Shown one piece after another: positions 1-12,023 of a DNA stretch of 64,000 nucleotides. A program made the position numbers and the translations under genes. The stretch lies in the NCBI GenBank assembly GCA_964016885.1, contig OZ024744.1, positions 85,002,001-85,066,000 on the forward strand, written 5' to 3'. The DNA is from Eledone cirrhosa. Taxonomy: Eukaryota. Within the stretch, counting starts at the first letter, position 1. Each line of letters begins with the position of its first letter. A model generated the notes under the pieces. That model did not search any database. It was given only the letters and a program-made list of their open reading frames with translations, and was not told the origin of the DNA.

Positions 1-1735
1 ATTTGAAATTTGACCGTGTATATAGTTTAGTATTTGATTAGTGACCGTGTGTATAGTTTAATATTTGAAATTTTACCGTGAATATAGTTTACTATTTGAT
101 TAATGAACGTGTGTATAGTTTAACATTTGAAATTTGACCGTGTATATAGTTTACTATTAGATTAATGACCGTGTGTATAGTTTAACATTTTAATTTGACC
201 GTGTATATAGTTTAACATTTGAAATTTGACCGTGTATATAGTTTAGTATTTGATTAATGACCGTGTGTATAGTTTAACATTTTAATTTGACCGTGTATAT
301 AGTTTAACATTTGAAATTTGACCGTGTATATAGTTTAGTATTTGATTAATGACCGTGTGTATAGTTTAACATTTTAATTTGACCGTGTATATAGTTTAAC
401 ATTTGAAATTTGACCGTGTATATAGTTTAGTATTTGATTAATGACCGTGTGTATAGTTTAACATTTGAAATTTGACCGTGTATATAGTTTAGTATTTGAT
501 TAATGACCGTGTGTATAGTTTAACATTTTAATTTGACTGTGTATATAGTTTAACATTTGAAATTTGACCGTGTATATAGTTTAACATTTGAAATTTGATC
601 GTGTATATAGTTTAGTATTTGATTAATGACCGTGTGTATAGTTTAACATTTGAAATTTGACCGTGTATATAGTTTAGTATTTGATTAATGACCGTGTGTA
701 TAGTTTAACATTTGAAATTTGACCGTGTATATAGTTTAACATTTGATTAATGACCGTGTGTATAGTTTAACATTTGAAATTTTACCGTGTATATAGTTTA
801 GTATTTGATTAGTGACCGTGTGTATAGTTTAACATTTGAAATTTGACCGTGTATATAGTTTAACATTTGATTAATGACCGTGTATATAGTTTAGTATTTG
901 ATTAGTGACCGTGTATATAGTTTAACATTTGAAATTTGACCGTGTATATAGTTTAGTATTTGATTAGTGACCGTGTGTATAGTTTAACATTTGAAATTTG
1001 ACCGTGTATATAGTTTAGTATTTGATTAGTGACCGTGTGTATAGTTTAACATTTGAAATTTGACCGTGTATATAGTTTAGTATTTGATTAGTGACCGTGT
1101 GTATAGTTTAACATTTGAAATTTGACCGTGTATATAGTTTAGTATTTGATTAGTGACCGTGTGTATAGTTTAACATTTGAAATTTGACCGTGTATATAGT
1201 TTAGTATTTGATTAGTGACCGTGTGTATAGTTTAACATTTGAAATTTGACCGTGTATATAGTTTAGTATTTGATTAATGACCGTGTGTATAGTTTAACAT
1301 TTGAAATTTGACCGTGTATATAGTTTAGTATTTGATTAATGACCGTGTGTATAGTTTAACATTTGAAATTTGACCGTGTATATAGTTTAGTATTTGATTA
1401 ATGACCGCGTATATAGTTTAACATTTGAAATTTGACCGTGTATATAGTTTAGTATTTGATTAATGACCGTGTGTATAATTTAACATTTGAAATTTGACCG
1501 TGTATATAGTTTATTGTTAGATTAATGATCGTGTGTATAGTTTAACATTTGAAATTTGACCGTGTATATAGTTTAGTATGTGATTAGTGACCGTGTGTAT
1601 AGTTTAACATTTGAAATTTGACCATTTAGTATGTGATTAGTGACCCTGTATATAGTTAAGTATTAGAAATTCAACCATGTATATAGTTAAGTATTATAAA
1701 TTCAACCGTGTATATAGTTTAGTGTGCAATTAGTG
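1..1735. repeat. Minisatellite of 31-bp monomers arranged mostly as a 62-bp A/B dimer
   Basis: GACCGTGTATATAGTTTAGTATTTGATTA(A/G)T alternates with GACCGTGTGTATAGTTTAACATTTGAAATTT. The array degenerates after ~1620 and runs off the left edge of the window. Confidence 0.95.
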
Positions 1736-1906
1736 AGCAGCTGGTTATCGGTGTGTGAAAATGTTTAAACATCTGTTATGCCGATTGATACATAGGAATA
1801 GTTATTGGCAACAAATGGTATATTCGCAATATTCCATACTCGTAGTATATGGAATGGTCAATGTTTTAGTTCTTGTAATTCAATCAAAACCTAACTATTA
1901 GAATGA

Positions 1907-2000
<94 letters not shown>

Positions 2001-2089
2001 CGGAGGGTAGAGGGAGTGTGAGGGAGGGGGCGGTAAATTGCCTGGCATGAGAAGAGAATTTGGTCTGGAATATTCTATTTTATCATTCA

Positions 2090-2953
2090 CTAGCAGTAAA
2101 GCCCGGCGTTGCTCGGGGTCGCTCAGTAGCTGTGTTAAAGTTACAATGTTAAGTTTCTTTTTTGGCTTAAAAACTGTAGTGTCTACTGTGCAGACTTGCA
2201 TGTGGTGTTTTTGATTAATATTCCCTCAACCAACAATATGCCTTATGAAGTTAAGAAAACATAACGATAACCCGAATGTTATAACAAAAGAGGATGCTGG
2301 GGATAGAAACTGCACTGGTTATTTATTAACAAAGATCGAAAATGTAAACACTGCAACGCAGAGAAAAACATTAGCGTAACCAAATTATCAGTTATGTCTG
2401 TCTGCACACCTATATCACCTCTCTGCACGACTGTCTGTCTGCACGCCTATATCACCTCTCTGTACGACTGTCTGTCTGCACGCCTATATCACCTCTCTGC
2501 ACGACTGTCTGTCTGCACGCCTAACGACGAAATATTTGCTTGTTTTACGTAGTCTTTAAATAGACTTGTTTTCAAGTAAAAATATTGTTTTAAAATGCTT
2601 TTAAATGGAAATGAAGCAAAACGGAAGCTTAGTGTTCGAACTGATGAATTTTGCAGGTCAGTATTTTGCTGGCTCGACAACTGTTAAAGCCAGCGTAATT
2701 TTTTACGTAAGACGCTCAATGTAAACAGAACAAAGGGAAATAACTGATCACTTACGCTCAAAAATCGATACATTATATTCGATTTCGTCACATAGGGTGG
2801 GTCAATTTGAAATTTTTTTTTTCCGATGTCTTCGCTAGGGCTCAATGTACTACAAGTATAGCAATTTCGGTGCAATTCCGTGAGAGATTCTAAGAGGAGA
2901 TGTGTGCCAAAAATCGATAGACAGACAGACAACCACAGTTTTATATATATAGA
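2090..2953 (-). mobile_element. Non-autonomous Helitron, copy 1
   Basis: On the minus strand it begins A|TCTATATATATAAAA and ends with hairpin CCCGAGCAACGCCGGG followed by CTAG|T. It is inserted in an AT dinucleotide with no TSD, carries internal 37-bp repeats, and is near-identical to 17432-18379. Confidence 0.88.
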
Positions 2954-2954
2954 T

Positions 2955-3145
2955 TGTGGATTGGCAGTATCGGTAAGTAGTCGGACGCCATGCTTTGAAG
3001 CATAGAGTTACGTCCCTTTATGATCTGAGTTCAAATCTCGCCGAGGTTAACTTTGCCTTTCATCCTGACGGGGTCGATAAAATAAAGTACCAGTAATACA
3101 CTGGGTTATTTGCTGGCCTTGTGCCAAAAGTAGAAACAATTATTT
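2955..3145 (+). mobile_element. tRNA-derived SINE family A (Nin/Deu-like central domain)
   Basis: A-box-like TGGCAGTATCGG, B-box GAGTTCAAATC, body ACTTTGCCTTTCATCC..GGGGTCGATAAAATAAAGTACCAG, and end GTAGAAACAATTA. A 5'-truncated copy follows at ~3262-3395. Confidence 0.85.
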
Positions 3146-3439
3146 ATTTATTTATTTGTTTGTGTTTGAAATCTGATGAATTGTGGAAGCATTGGGAGTG
3201 TTTGAAATTTTGAAAATGTGAGACTCCCGAACGTAGAAAATAACAGAAATAACAGTCGATCATTGGCCTTTACGGTCTGAGTTCAAATCCTGCCGAGGTT
3301 AACTTTGACTTTCATCCTTACGGGGTCGATAAAATAAAGTACCAGTAATGTACTGATATAATTGCTGGCCTTGTGCCAAAAGTAGAAACAATTATAAATA
3401 ATAGTTAAGGAAATTAGCTAAATATATATATATATATAT

Positions 3440-3660
3440 TAGGCGTGTGGTTAGAGAATTGGATTCGCAATCGTAAGGTTGTGAGTTCGATTCCCGGACC
3501 GGGTGATGCGTTATGTCCTTGAGCAAGACACTTTATTTCACGTTGCTCTTTCTACCTGGAGTTGCAACCGATAGATAGTATTAGCAATTGGAAAGACCAA
3601 TGTAAACATTGTTTCCTCGGTCCGATTTATCGAAAGACGATCGACTGTCGATATATAGCC
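3440..3660 (+). mobile_element. tRNA-derived SINE family B (CORE-like CCTTGAGCAAGACACTT)
   Basis: GTGTGGTTAGAG A-box, GAGTTCGATTCC B-box and CORE-like motif. Related copies lie at ~4846-4965, 11430-11570, 18420-18630, 18655-18750 and 41920-42135. Confidence 0.8.
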
Positions 3661-4373
3661 TCGAGTTTTTTTTGTTTCTTTTTTAGGATATGTTGAAATA
3701 CCTTCTCAATACTCAAAATCCTATATTGTCCACGAAAATTTCCAATGGTCCACCATTTTCTGTTCAGTTGCTCATCGCCCACACCCAACAGTTGATATCA
3801 CCCACTGGTGGGTGATATGGCCCAGGATGGGAAACCCTGTCACTAACTAAAGTAGGATAACCTTTAGAACAGCCCCCCCCCCCCTTCCACACACTCCAAA
3901 AAAGAAGCAAAAACAAAAAAAATATACAAGGTATGAAATGAGGTATGGAAAGAAAGGAAAAAAAAAACGAATGTGGTGGCGGTGGGGGAGGGGGGAAAAG
4001 AATAGAAAAAAAAAGGAAAGAAATGAAAGAATAAAATAAATGAAATGGGAAAGAAAGAAGGAAGAAAAAAAATGAATAAAATAAATACATGAAATAAATG
4101 AAAGAGTGAAAGAGAGAAGGGTTGAAGGAAAGAAAGAAGGAAGGAAGGAAGGAAGGAAGGAAGGAAAGAAGGAAAGAAGGATGGAAGGAATGAAGAATAG
4201 AGAAAAGAAAATAAAGAAAGAAGGAAAGAAAGAAAAAAAGAAAAGAGAGAGAAAAAGAAAGAAAGAAAGAAAAAAAAGAAAGAAGGAAAGAAAGAAAGAA
4301 CGAATGAAAGGCAGGGTGAATGAGGGAAGGAAATATTGAATGAAATATATGTATGAAGAAAGACAGAAATACA

Positions 4374-4408
<35 letters not shown>

Positions 4409-4624
4409 AAAAGATAAAGAGATAAGGAAGGAAAGAAAAAAGAACGAAAGAAAGAAAGGAAGAACACTTCCAGATGATTGATAGAGAAGAGCTAAACAGA
4501 ATGTTGTAATGGGTTTGACAGATTCTGAAAATATTTGATTAATAAAACGTTGGTGGTCTATTTGTTGTGTTAAACAAACTGGCTTATCTCCCCCTGACTG
4601 TCGTTATTACCTGTTGGATAATGG

Positions 4625-4805
4625 GTGGGCGGTGGATTGGCACTATCGGTAGAAGGTCGGGCGTCATGCTTTGCAGCATAGAATTATGGCCCTTTACGGT
4701 CTGAGTTCAAATCTTTGCCTTGCATCCTTACGGGATCGATAAAATAAAGTACTTGTATTGCACTGGGTAATTGCTGGCCTTGTGCCAAAAGTAGAAACAG
4801 TTATT
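4625..4805 (+). mobile_element. SINE family A
   Basis: Same head, body and tail as 2955-3145, with a small internal deletion. Confidence 0.85.
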
Positions 4806-4845
4806 ACCTGTTGGATAAGTATGTGTTAACAGGAAAATGTGAAGA

Positions 4846-4965
4846 AGGCATGTGGTTGAGTGGTTAGAGTATTCGGTTCAAGAAAGTAAAGCTCAACTGT
4901 TCGATTCCGAGCGGTGCGATGTGTACTTGGGCAAGACACTTTATTTTCGTTGCTCCAGTTCACAA
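4846..4965 (+). mobile_element. SINE family B, diverged
   Basis: GTGGTTAGAG...GTTCGATTCC...CTTGGGCAAGACACTTTATTT. Confidence 0.7.
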
Positions 4966-5272
4966 CTAATTTCTTATAAAAGTGAGAGGGAGGGAGCGGA
5001 AAGACTGAAAGGGAGAGCGATAAATATTGAAAAAGGAGAGAGAGGGAAAATGCTGAAAGGGAGAGAGAGAAAGATTGATAGAGAGAGGGAGAGAGATTGA
5101 AAGACTGAAAGATTGATAGGGAGAGAGAAAGACTGAAAGGAAGAGAGAAAGAGATTGAAAGAGAGAGAGAAAGACTGAAAGGGAGAGAGAGAAAGATTGA
5201 TAGAGAGAGAGAGAGATAGATTGATAGGGAGAGATAGATTGAAAGAGATAGATTGATAGGGAGAGATAGATT

Positions 5273-5345
<73 letters not shown>

Positions 5346-6193
5346 AAAGCAAGAGAGAAAGACTGAAAGGGAGAGGCAGAGAGATTGAAAGAGAGAGAAA
5401 GATTGAAAGGGAGAGAGAGAGAAAGATTGAAATGGAGAGAGAAAGATTGAAAGGAAGAGGGAGAGATTGAAAGAGAGAGAGAGATTGAAAGGGAGAGAGA
5501 AAGACTGAAAGGGAGGGAGGGATTGAAAGAGAGAGAGAGATTGAAAGAGAGAGAATTTCTTAATTTTTTAATTGTTTAATTTTTAAAAATCTTTTTAATT
5601 TTTTAAATTTTTAATTTTTAATTTTTAATTTTTAATTTTTAATTTTTAATTTTATTATATTATTATATTATTTTATTATCTTATTATCTTTTGTTGACTT
5701 TGCCTTTCATCCTTACGGGGTCGATAAAATAAACTACCAGTAATGCACTGAGTAATTGCTGGCCTTGTGCCTAAAGTAGAAACAATTATTTTATTATTAT
5801 TATTTTATTATTTTTCATTATATTTTTTTTTATTATTGTACTTTACTTTATTTTATTATTTTTATTATTTTTACATTTTTTTTATTACTCTATTATAATT
5901 TGTATTATGTTTTAACCATTGTCTGTATTTTTTATGTATTTTCTTATGCTTTTGCATTTTATGCTTTTGCATTTTATGCTTTTGCATTTTATGCTTTTGC
6001 ATTCTTTGTTTTTCTGTGCCATCTATTATATCTGCATCTTGCGGTTGAATCCGCTAATGACCTGGCATTTAGCTGCGGTGCTTAACAACCCCAGCATGCA
6101 CCTCTTTGTTCGCCATCTCCATATCTCTATCTTTATTCTGATTGTTCGTGTGACTAGGTTTTTGTGGAGCTTATACTGAACACTGTATTTATT

Positions 6194-6240
6194 AGGCTCT
6201 GATGATTCCTGCTAAAAGGTGAGGATGAAACATTGTAAGT
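6194..6240 (+). ncRNA. Candidate minimal type-I hammerhead ribozyme
   Basis: gct-CTGATGA-tTCCT..AGGAt-GAAAC-att-GTA-agt. The downstream sequence resembles the sequence after the hammerhead at 28003. Confidence 0.6.
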
Positions 6241-6459
6241 AAATAAAGACTGTTTGAGTATGTAAGCGTTCTTTGGTTTCTTTTGCATATAACGGCTCTG
6301 TTCTTGTACATTGAGCTAACACACTACTGCCATAATACAGTACGGTGCGTGCGTGTTTATGCACATACGCTCCGCGCTATACGTAAATAAATAAACATAT
6401 ATATATATGTACATATAAAATATATTAATAAATGGAAACTATATTTATAAAACCATATT

Positions 6460-6525
6460 TATTTTATTATATATATTTCAAGGGCAACCAAGGAAAATTA
6501 TGGTGCGCTTTCATCAGATAAAATA
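6460..6525 (-). ncRNA. Hammerhead ribozyme motif (inverted copy)
   Basis: Reverse complement of the motif at 6678-6743. Confidence 0.75.
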
Positions 6526-6677
6526 CAGATTTGTTTTATAAATAAATATTGACATACCCGGAAAAAAGACAACCTTAACGGTTGGAGCTTCTTGGATAGT
6601 TAAGGTTGTCTTTTTATAGACCGTTAAGGTTGTCTTTTTTTCCAGGTATGTCAATATTTATTTATAAAACAAATCTG

Positions 6678-6743
6678 TATTTTATCTGATGAAAGCGCAC
6701 CATAATTTGCCTTGGTTGTCCTTGAAATATATATAATAAAATA
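6678..6743 (+). ncRNA. Hammerhead ribozyme motif, type I
   Basis: Stem I TATTTTAT/ATAAAATA (8 bp), core CTGATGA at 6686, stem II AAG..ACCA/TGGT..CTT, GAA, palindromic stem III ATATATAT, cleavage triplet AUA. Confidence 0.78.
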
Positions 6744-7021
6744 AATATTGTTTTATAAATATAGTTTCCATTTATTAATATATTGTTTATTTACTCCACT
6801 AATTTGTTGAGTGCTTTATATCAGTTATAAAAATGTTTAAGCTTGTTGAATCCCAACAAATTAAATATAACCTCTGCATATATGTACATATTTATATGTA
6901 CGAAGTTATCCAAATCACAGATTTATCGAATAACCGAATTAAGTTTTTTGACAGACATAAAAAGGAAACAAATCTCCACCCACTGCTGTTTTACACCAGA
7001 ATAAACACACACACACACACA

Positions 7022-7102
<81 letters not shown>

Positions 7103-7224
7103 GCACACACGCACGCGCACACAGAGACACTGGCACATATACATACAAATATACATACACAAACAAAACCACACAGATACACACATATATGTACATACAT
7201 AAGCACACACACACGCACACACAC

Positions 7225-7320
<96 letters not shown>

Positions 7321-7659
7321 TATGGGAGTACCGTAACTGGAATAGGTTGTGGAGAAGTAGAGCGTGTGTGGTCTGTAGGTGTGTGTTTGTAAGGAGCTAA
7401 GGTATGAGGGGTGGGGAATTTAGACCATTTCCGGTCCAGTCTGGAAAACAGAAATAGTGCTCTGCTCATGTCTTAGGCGTCTATTTGGGTCTCCGGAGCA
7501 CCCAATAAAGAGGTCACAGGGGAAGTGTCCGGTGTCCGGTGGAGCAGAAGTGTCGGACAACCGGTCACCTGGTGCCTAACCGGATATCACGGTGAGGCTC
7601 GGCAGCTGGTCCGCCAGTCGACGCCCAGTCTGCCCGATGTAGATAGCTCCACTATATAT

Positions 7660-7926
7660 ATATATAGGAACCAGTAAGACCCCGACGGCTGAGCTCAAGC
7701 CGTTTCGACAGCTAATTCTGGACTAAATGAAAATTTATCCTGGTATTTAAATAGCCGAGCTTCTCAAGGGGTAATTCCATATATGGTCAAAGTGATTGTC
7801 AAAAGTCAGTAGTAATTCTGTGATTGCAAATTAGTAGGGGAGATGGTGGCTAAACCTGCCAGTAGGAGAAGTATTGAGTACTTTGGTGCGTTATGGTCCA
7901 CCTGGTTCCTTACCACATTTCCTTCG

Positions 7927-7930
<4 letters not shown>
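7660..7930 (-). repeat. Unclassified short interspersed element flanked by (TA)n
   Basis: Both ends reappear joined and reverse-complemented at 22062-22152, which is an internally deleted copy also lying in (TA)n. Confidence 0.7.
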
Positions 7931-7963
<33 letters not shown>

Positions 7964-8074
7964 ATACAAATGGAAGTTTAGTAAAATCGAAGTTTTGGCT
8001 GTGGCCAAGCTAACGATATACAATCAGGAATGTGCAGCAAAGCACTCGATAAGGTTGTGTCACCTTAGAGTAAT

Positions 8075-8265
8075 AATTGTTTCTACTTTAGGCACAAGGC
8101 CAGCAATTACCCAGTACATTACTGGTTATTTTATTTTATCGACCCCGTAAGGATGAAAGGCAAAGTTAACCTCGGCGGGATTTGAACGCAGATCATAAAG
8201 GGCCGTAACTCTTTGCTGAAAAGCATGGCGTCCGACCCTCTACCGATACTGCCAATCCACCGCCT
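8075..8265 (-). mobile_element. SINE family A
   Basis: Full-length reverse-complement copy. Confidence 0.88.
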
Positions 8266-8370
8266 TTAGAGTAATAACATACGTTAGATAGCTTGACAAA
8301 TTGAAACTGCGACCGGTGACCCAACCACAGGAACCTGAGCAGCGAGAAAACCCTATCAAGTATTGACAAT

Positions 8371-8448
<78 letters not shown>

Positions 8449-8534
8449 GGAAAAATTTGAACAGGAACAAAACAGAGAGGCAATACAACGAATGTTTATT
8501 AATTTCACGCTCTGGAGAGTGGGGTGTTGGTGGG

Positions 8535-8570
8535 GAACGACGTTTCGGGCATAAGCCCTTCCTCAGGTGA
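8535..8570 (-). ncRNA. Candidate minimal hammerhead ribozyme
   Basis: Minus strand reads cac-CTGAGGA-aGGGC ttat GCCC-GAAAC-GTC-gtt. Stem I is weak. Confidence 0.6.
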
Positions 8571-8924
8571 GAAGTGTGTGGGGGGAAGGTGTGTAAAGTT
8601 CGGAGAAAGGTCACGGCGGATTAGATCGGGGTTGAGCCGGTAGTTAAGTTATGTTCCCGAAGGAAAGGATGGTGGGTAAAATTGACCTCGACAGGTTTTG
8701 AACTGTAAATGAGCTGTAACTAAATGTCAAAAAGGACTTAAATACAAAACCTTAATACCCATAAATCAACAGTAAAAAAATAAAAAGCTACGTCTCTAAA
8801 AGAAATAATACAATAAACAAAAAAAAGGACACTGTTTGTCAATTAGACACACATGCATACATACAGATACATATATACATACATACACATATACATAGAT
8901 ATATACATACTTATATACATATAT

Positions 8925-9480
8925 GATGGCTGCAACTTGATTTCGAGTAATGCCATCGCTTGATACTTAAGCACGAGCGTCGCGGACATGGCTTCCTAGT
9001 ACTTCTAGGGACTTGCCTATAGCCAGCAATACCTTGCCTCACAAAAAATGTCACATATCAACGATGCCTGTGTGTGAAGCTTTTTTTAAGTGGGGAAAGG
9101 CTTTGTACGGAGCCAGTCCCACCTTCTAAACATCGAATGCATTTACCCAAAAAGGAACTGATCTACATCAATGGAAGCAAATGAAGTCACAGGTTTTATA
9201 TTAGAGTGACCTTCTCCTAGAGAGATGTCTTAATGAAGATTGGGAATCTCTCGATCCACAAAACAGAAGAAAAAAATTAAAACAAAAATCTATTGGATGG
9301 CCGTTGACTCTCCTAAGTTCCTTCGCATTTTGACGGGTTTTGTTTTTCATCCGACAGGGTGACCAAAATCACCCTCTTCACCAAGTAAACTTGGTGGGGT
9401 TGCCGGTTTAGTCGCCGACAACCCGACCATGTACAGATTGTACTGGGTTACATGCTACCAGTAACACTGAAGTGCAACCT
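8925..9480 (-). mobile_element. Probable RTE-type LINE 5' region or derived non-autonomous repeat
   Basis: Minus-strand TCTAGGAGAAGG..ACTCT..ATAAAACC motif resembles RTE 5' UTRs. Several strong hairpins are present, and a homologous copy lies at ~9760-10170. Confidence 0.45.
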
Positions 9481-9487
9481 GATATAA

Positions 9488-9600
9488 TTGTTTCTACTAT
9501 TGGCACAAGGCCAGAAAATTACCCAGTACATTACTGGTACTTTATTTTATCGACCCCGTAAGGATGAAAGGCAAAGTTAACCTCGGCGGGATTTGAACTC
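9488..9600 (-). mobile_element. SINE family A, 5' truncated
   Basis: Body and tail match. Confidence 0.85.
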
Positions 9601-10354
9601 AATATAATATATATACATTATATACATACGTACATACACACACATACATGTATACATGCATACATACGCACGCACGCATATACACATACGCACACATACA
9701 TAAATACATACATACGGGCATACATATATACATACATATACACACATACACATACATGATGGTGGCTGCCCCCTCGTTATCGAGTGTGGCCATTGCACGA
9801 TATACCATTATTAATAATCATTAATCAATGCTATCATGCAATGCCTGTGCGTGAAGATATCTTTTAAAGGGAGGAAAGACTGTGCACTGAGCCAATCCCA
9901 CTCTCTGAGTGACAGTAGCTATCACCCGAAAAGAAGAAAAGATCAACATCATCGGTAACTACTGAGCCGCAGGTTTTATATCGGAGTTATCCCAGTTTCC
10001 TGAGTTGCCTTCTCCTAGAAGAATGCCCTGACAAAGGCTAGGGGTCCTTCACTCCCAGTTGTTTAACCACACGGTACATGTGTATATACATATTTACACA
10101 CTTTCGGATGGCCGTTGAGTTCTTCCACCCAACTCTTCGAGTGCACCCTGGGAAGACACCCCTCTCCTCCTCAAATTCCGCCCATACATTCATACATATA
10201 CACATACATACATGCATACATACATACATACATACATACATACATACATACATACATACATACATACATACATACATAACATTAAAAAAAATAATTTTAG
10301 TGCAATAAATATTTTATTTACATATTTACAGTAACAATAATAATAATAAAAAGG

Positions 10355-10687
10355 ATTTCATTTATTGGCCACAAGAGCCGACATGTAGGGGGCAATACAA
10401 AGACAGGGACAGTGAGGGCTTTACAATAAGATTGAGTTAAAATGTACAATAACAAAACCAATTTAACATTGAAAAAAATATAAAAGTACACTATCTATAA
10501 AAATAACAAAATAACTTCCCCAATGGGGGGGGGGGGGGGCACCCAGGGGTGACTCAGGTACCCCACCAATCCTGAACCATCCAACGCTTCGAGGGCACCC
10601 GGAGAAGGCACGCCTCTCCTCCTCAAATTAACCAGCCAACCGGAGCATCGTCAGAGTAGGTCCACTCACACGGGCCATTCTCTCCAA
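10355..10687 (-). mobile_element. Tx1/L1-like LINE 3' end fragment
   Basis: Ends CTTGTGGCCAATAAATGAAAT like the other Tx1 tails. The inner end encodes RMARVSGPTL-like terminal residues. Confidence 0.6.
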
Positions 10688-10707
10688 TAATGATAATGAT
10701 AATAATA

Positions 10708-10878
10708 ATTGTTTCTACTTTTAGGCACAAGGCCAGCAATTACCCAGTGTATTACTGGTACTTTATTTTATCGACCCTGTAAGGATGAAAGGCAAAGTCA
10801 ACCTCGGCGGGATTTGAACTCAGATCGTAAAGGGACGTAACTATGCTGGAAAGCATGGCGTCCGACTCTCTACCGATA
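10708..10878 (-). mobile_element. SINE family A
   Basis: Near full-length reverse-complement copy. Confidence 0.88.
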
Positions 10879-11066
10879 ATGATAATAATAATGACAACTA
10901 TAATAAGGACAACTATAATAACGGCAATAATAAAAAAAAAAAAGAATAGGGAAATATAGAGAAAAAAAAAGAAAAAGAAAGAAAAAATGACCGGGAAGGG
11001 GAGGGGATGGCAAGAACTCTGGTATCACAGAAGAGAGGGGAGGGGTGAAGGGGGAGGTTCATTGGT

Positions 11067-11245
11067 CTAGGGCAAGGGGGCAGAAGTGCTGCGCCCCGCG
11101 GACAAGACGGCAATAGCATTCCCGCGGACGATAGCCAGTGATACCCACTGCAACAGCCATCCAACCTCGCAGGGCTCCTTCCTCAGATGGGCCGCCGACG
11201 TTTCGATCTTGCGGAGGAGCTCGGCTGTAAGTGACCCAAGTATGG
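11067..11245 (-). pseudogene. C-terminal remnant of a CRE-clade non-LTR ORF
   Basis: ..WLLQWVSLAIVRGNAIAVL matches the QRxSxAIxRGNA terminus typical of CRE elements. Confidence 0.6.
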
Positions 11246-11429
11246 TTAACATAAGATGAAGTTTAAGATTTAGTTATTTAAATAAAATTGTTTTAATATG
11301 GTTAACAGAAGATGAAGTTTAAAATTTAGTTATTTAACCCTTTAACATTTAAACCAGCCATATCCGACCAGAATTCTCTCATCCCTTTCTGTTCAAACCG
11401 GCCATAACTAGCCACTCATACTGATTGTG

Positions 11430-11570
11430 AAGGCGCATGGCTTAGTGGTTAGAGCATTGGGCTTGCAATCGAAAGGTGTGAGTTCAATTCTAGGACCGGG
11501 TGATGTGTTGTTTCCTTGGGCAAGACACTTTATTTCACGTTGCTCCAGTTTACTCAGCTGTAGAAATTGA
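11430..11570 (+). mobile_element. SINE family B relative
   Basis: GGCTTAGTGGTTAGAGC, GAGTTCAATTC and CCTTGGGCAAGACACTTTATTTCACGTTGCTC. Confidence 0.8.
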
Positions 11571-11895
11571 GATGATAGGACTGGAGTCCCTATCATTAAA
11601 TTACCCAAGACACCTCCAACGAGATATACCTTGGAGGAGGCCAGCTAAACCTGCATAGGTGTGAGATGTCACACACACACACACACTCATACTGATATTA
11701 AGGTATTGTTCTCAAAATAAATAATATCAAAATCTCATAGATCCGATATTATGTGAGCTAATTATGTGAGGTAAAGTGTTTACAGTGAAAATACAATGGT
11801 AAATATAGAGTAATGTAAATGCTAAAAGGTTAAATAAAATTTTAACATGATTAACAGAAGATCAAGATTAAGATTTAATTATTTAGTTTACTTAC

Positions 11896-12023
11896 GTGGA
11901 ACCGATGGCGATTAATATAATTCCAACAATGACCAAGATCAATCCGAAAATAAACAATCCAAGGACGCCCAATTGCGGAAGAATCCAATCATGGGAGTTT
12001 CTACTGCTTAATCTTCCTTGCAT
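11896..12023 (-). CDS. Probable first coding exon of a host membrane protein (N-terminal TM or signal anchor)
   Basis: ATG at 12023 gives MQGRLSSRNSHDWILPQLGVLGLFIFGLILVIVGIILIAIGS, followed by a perfect donor AC|GTAAGT at 11895. An upstream acceptor TTTTCCTTTCACCCAAG| sits at 12071. The sequence is non-repetitive. Confidence 0.55.

Larger units (their letters stand above)
6422..6781. repeat. Fold-back inverted repeat (~160-bp arms) of a Penelope-type pLTR family
   Basis: 6422-6582 is the reverse complement of 6619-6781. Relatives occur at ~15672-15760, 21590-21820 and 28365-28540. Confidence 0.9.

Noticed and set aside
1-1735. CRISPR-like array of ~31-bp units
   Set aside because: There are no unique spacers and no cas genes, and the context is eukaryotic. 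It is a tandem minisatellite.
2489-2932. Short ORFs conserved between 2.5 kb and 17.5 kb
   Set aside because: The identity reflects two young copies of a non-coding Helitron, not selection. No Rep/helicase motifs are present.
3440-3510. tRNA gene
   Set aside because: A and B boxes are present, but there is no complete cloverleaf and the sequence continues into a repeated SINE body.
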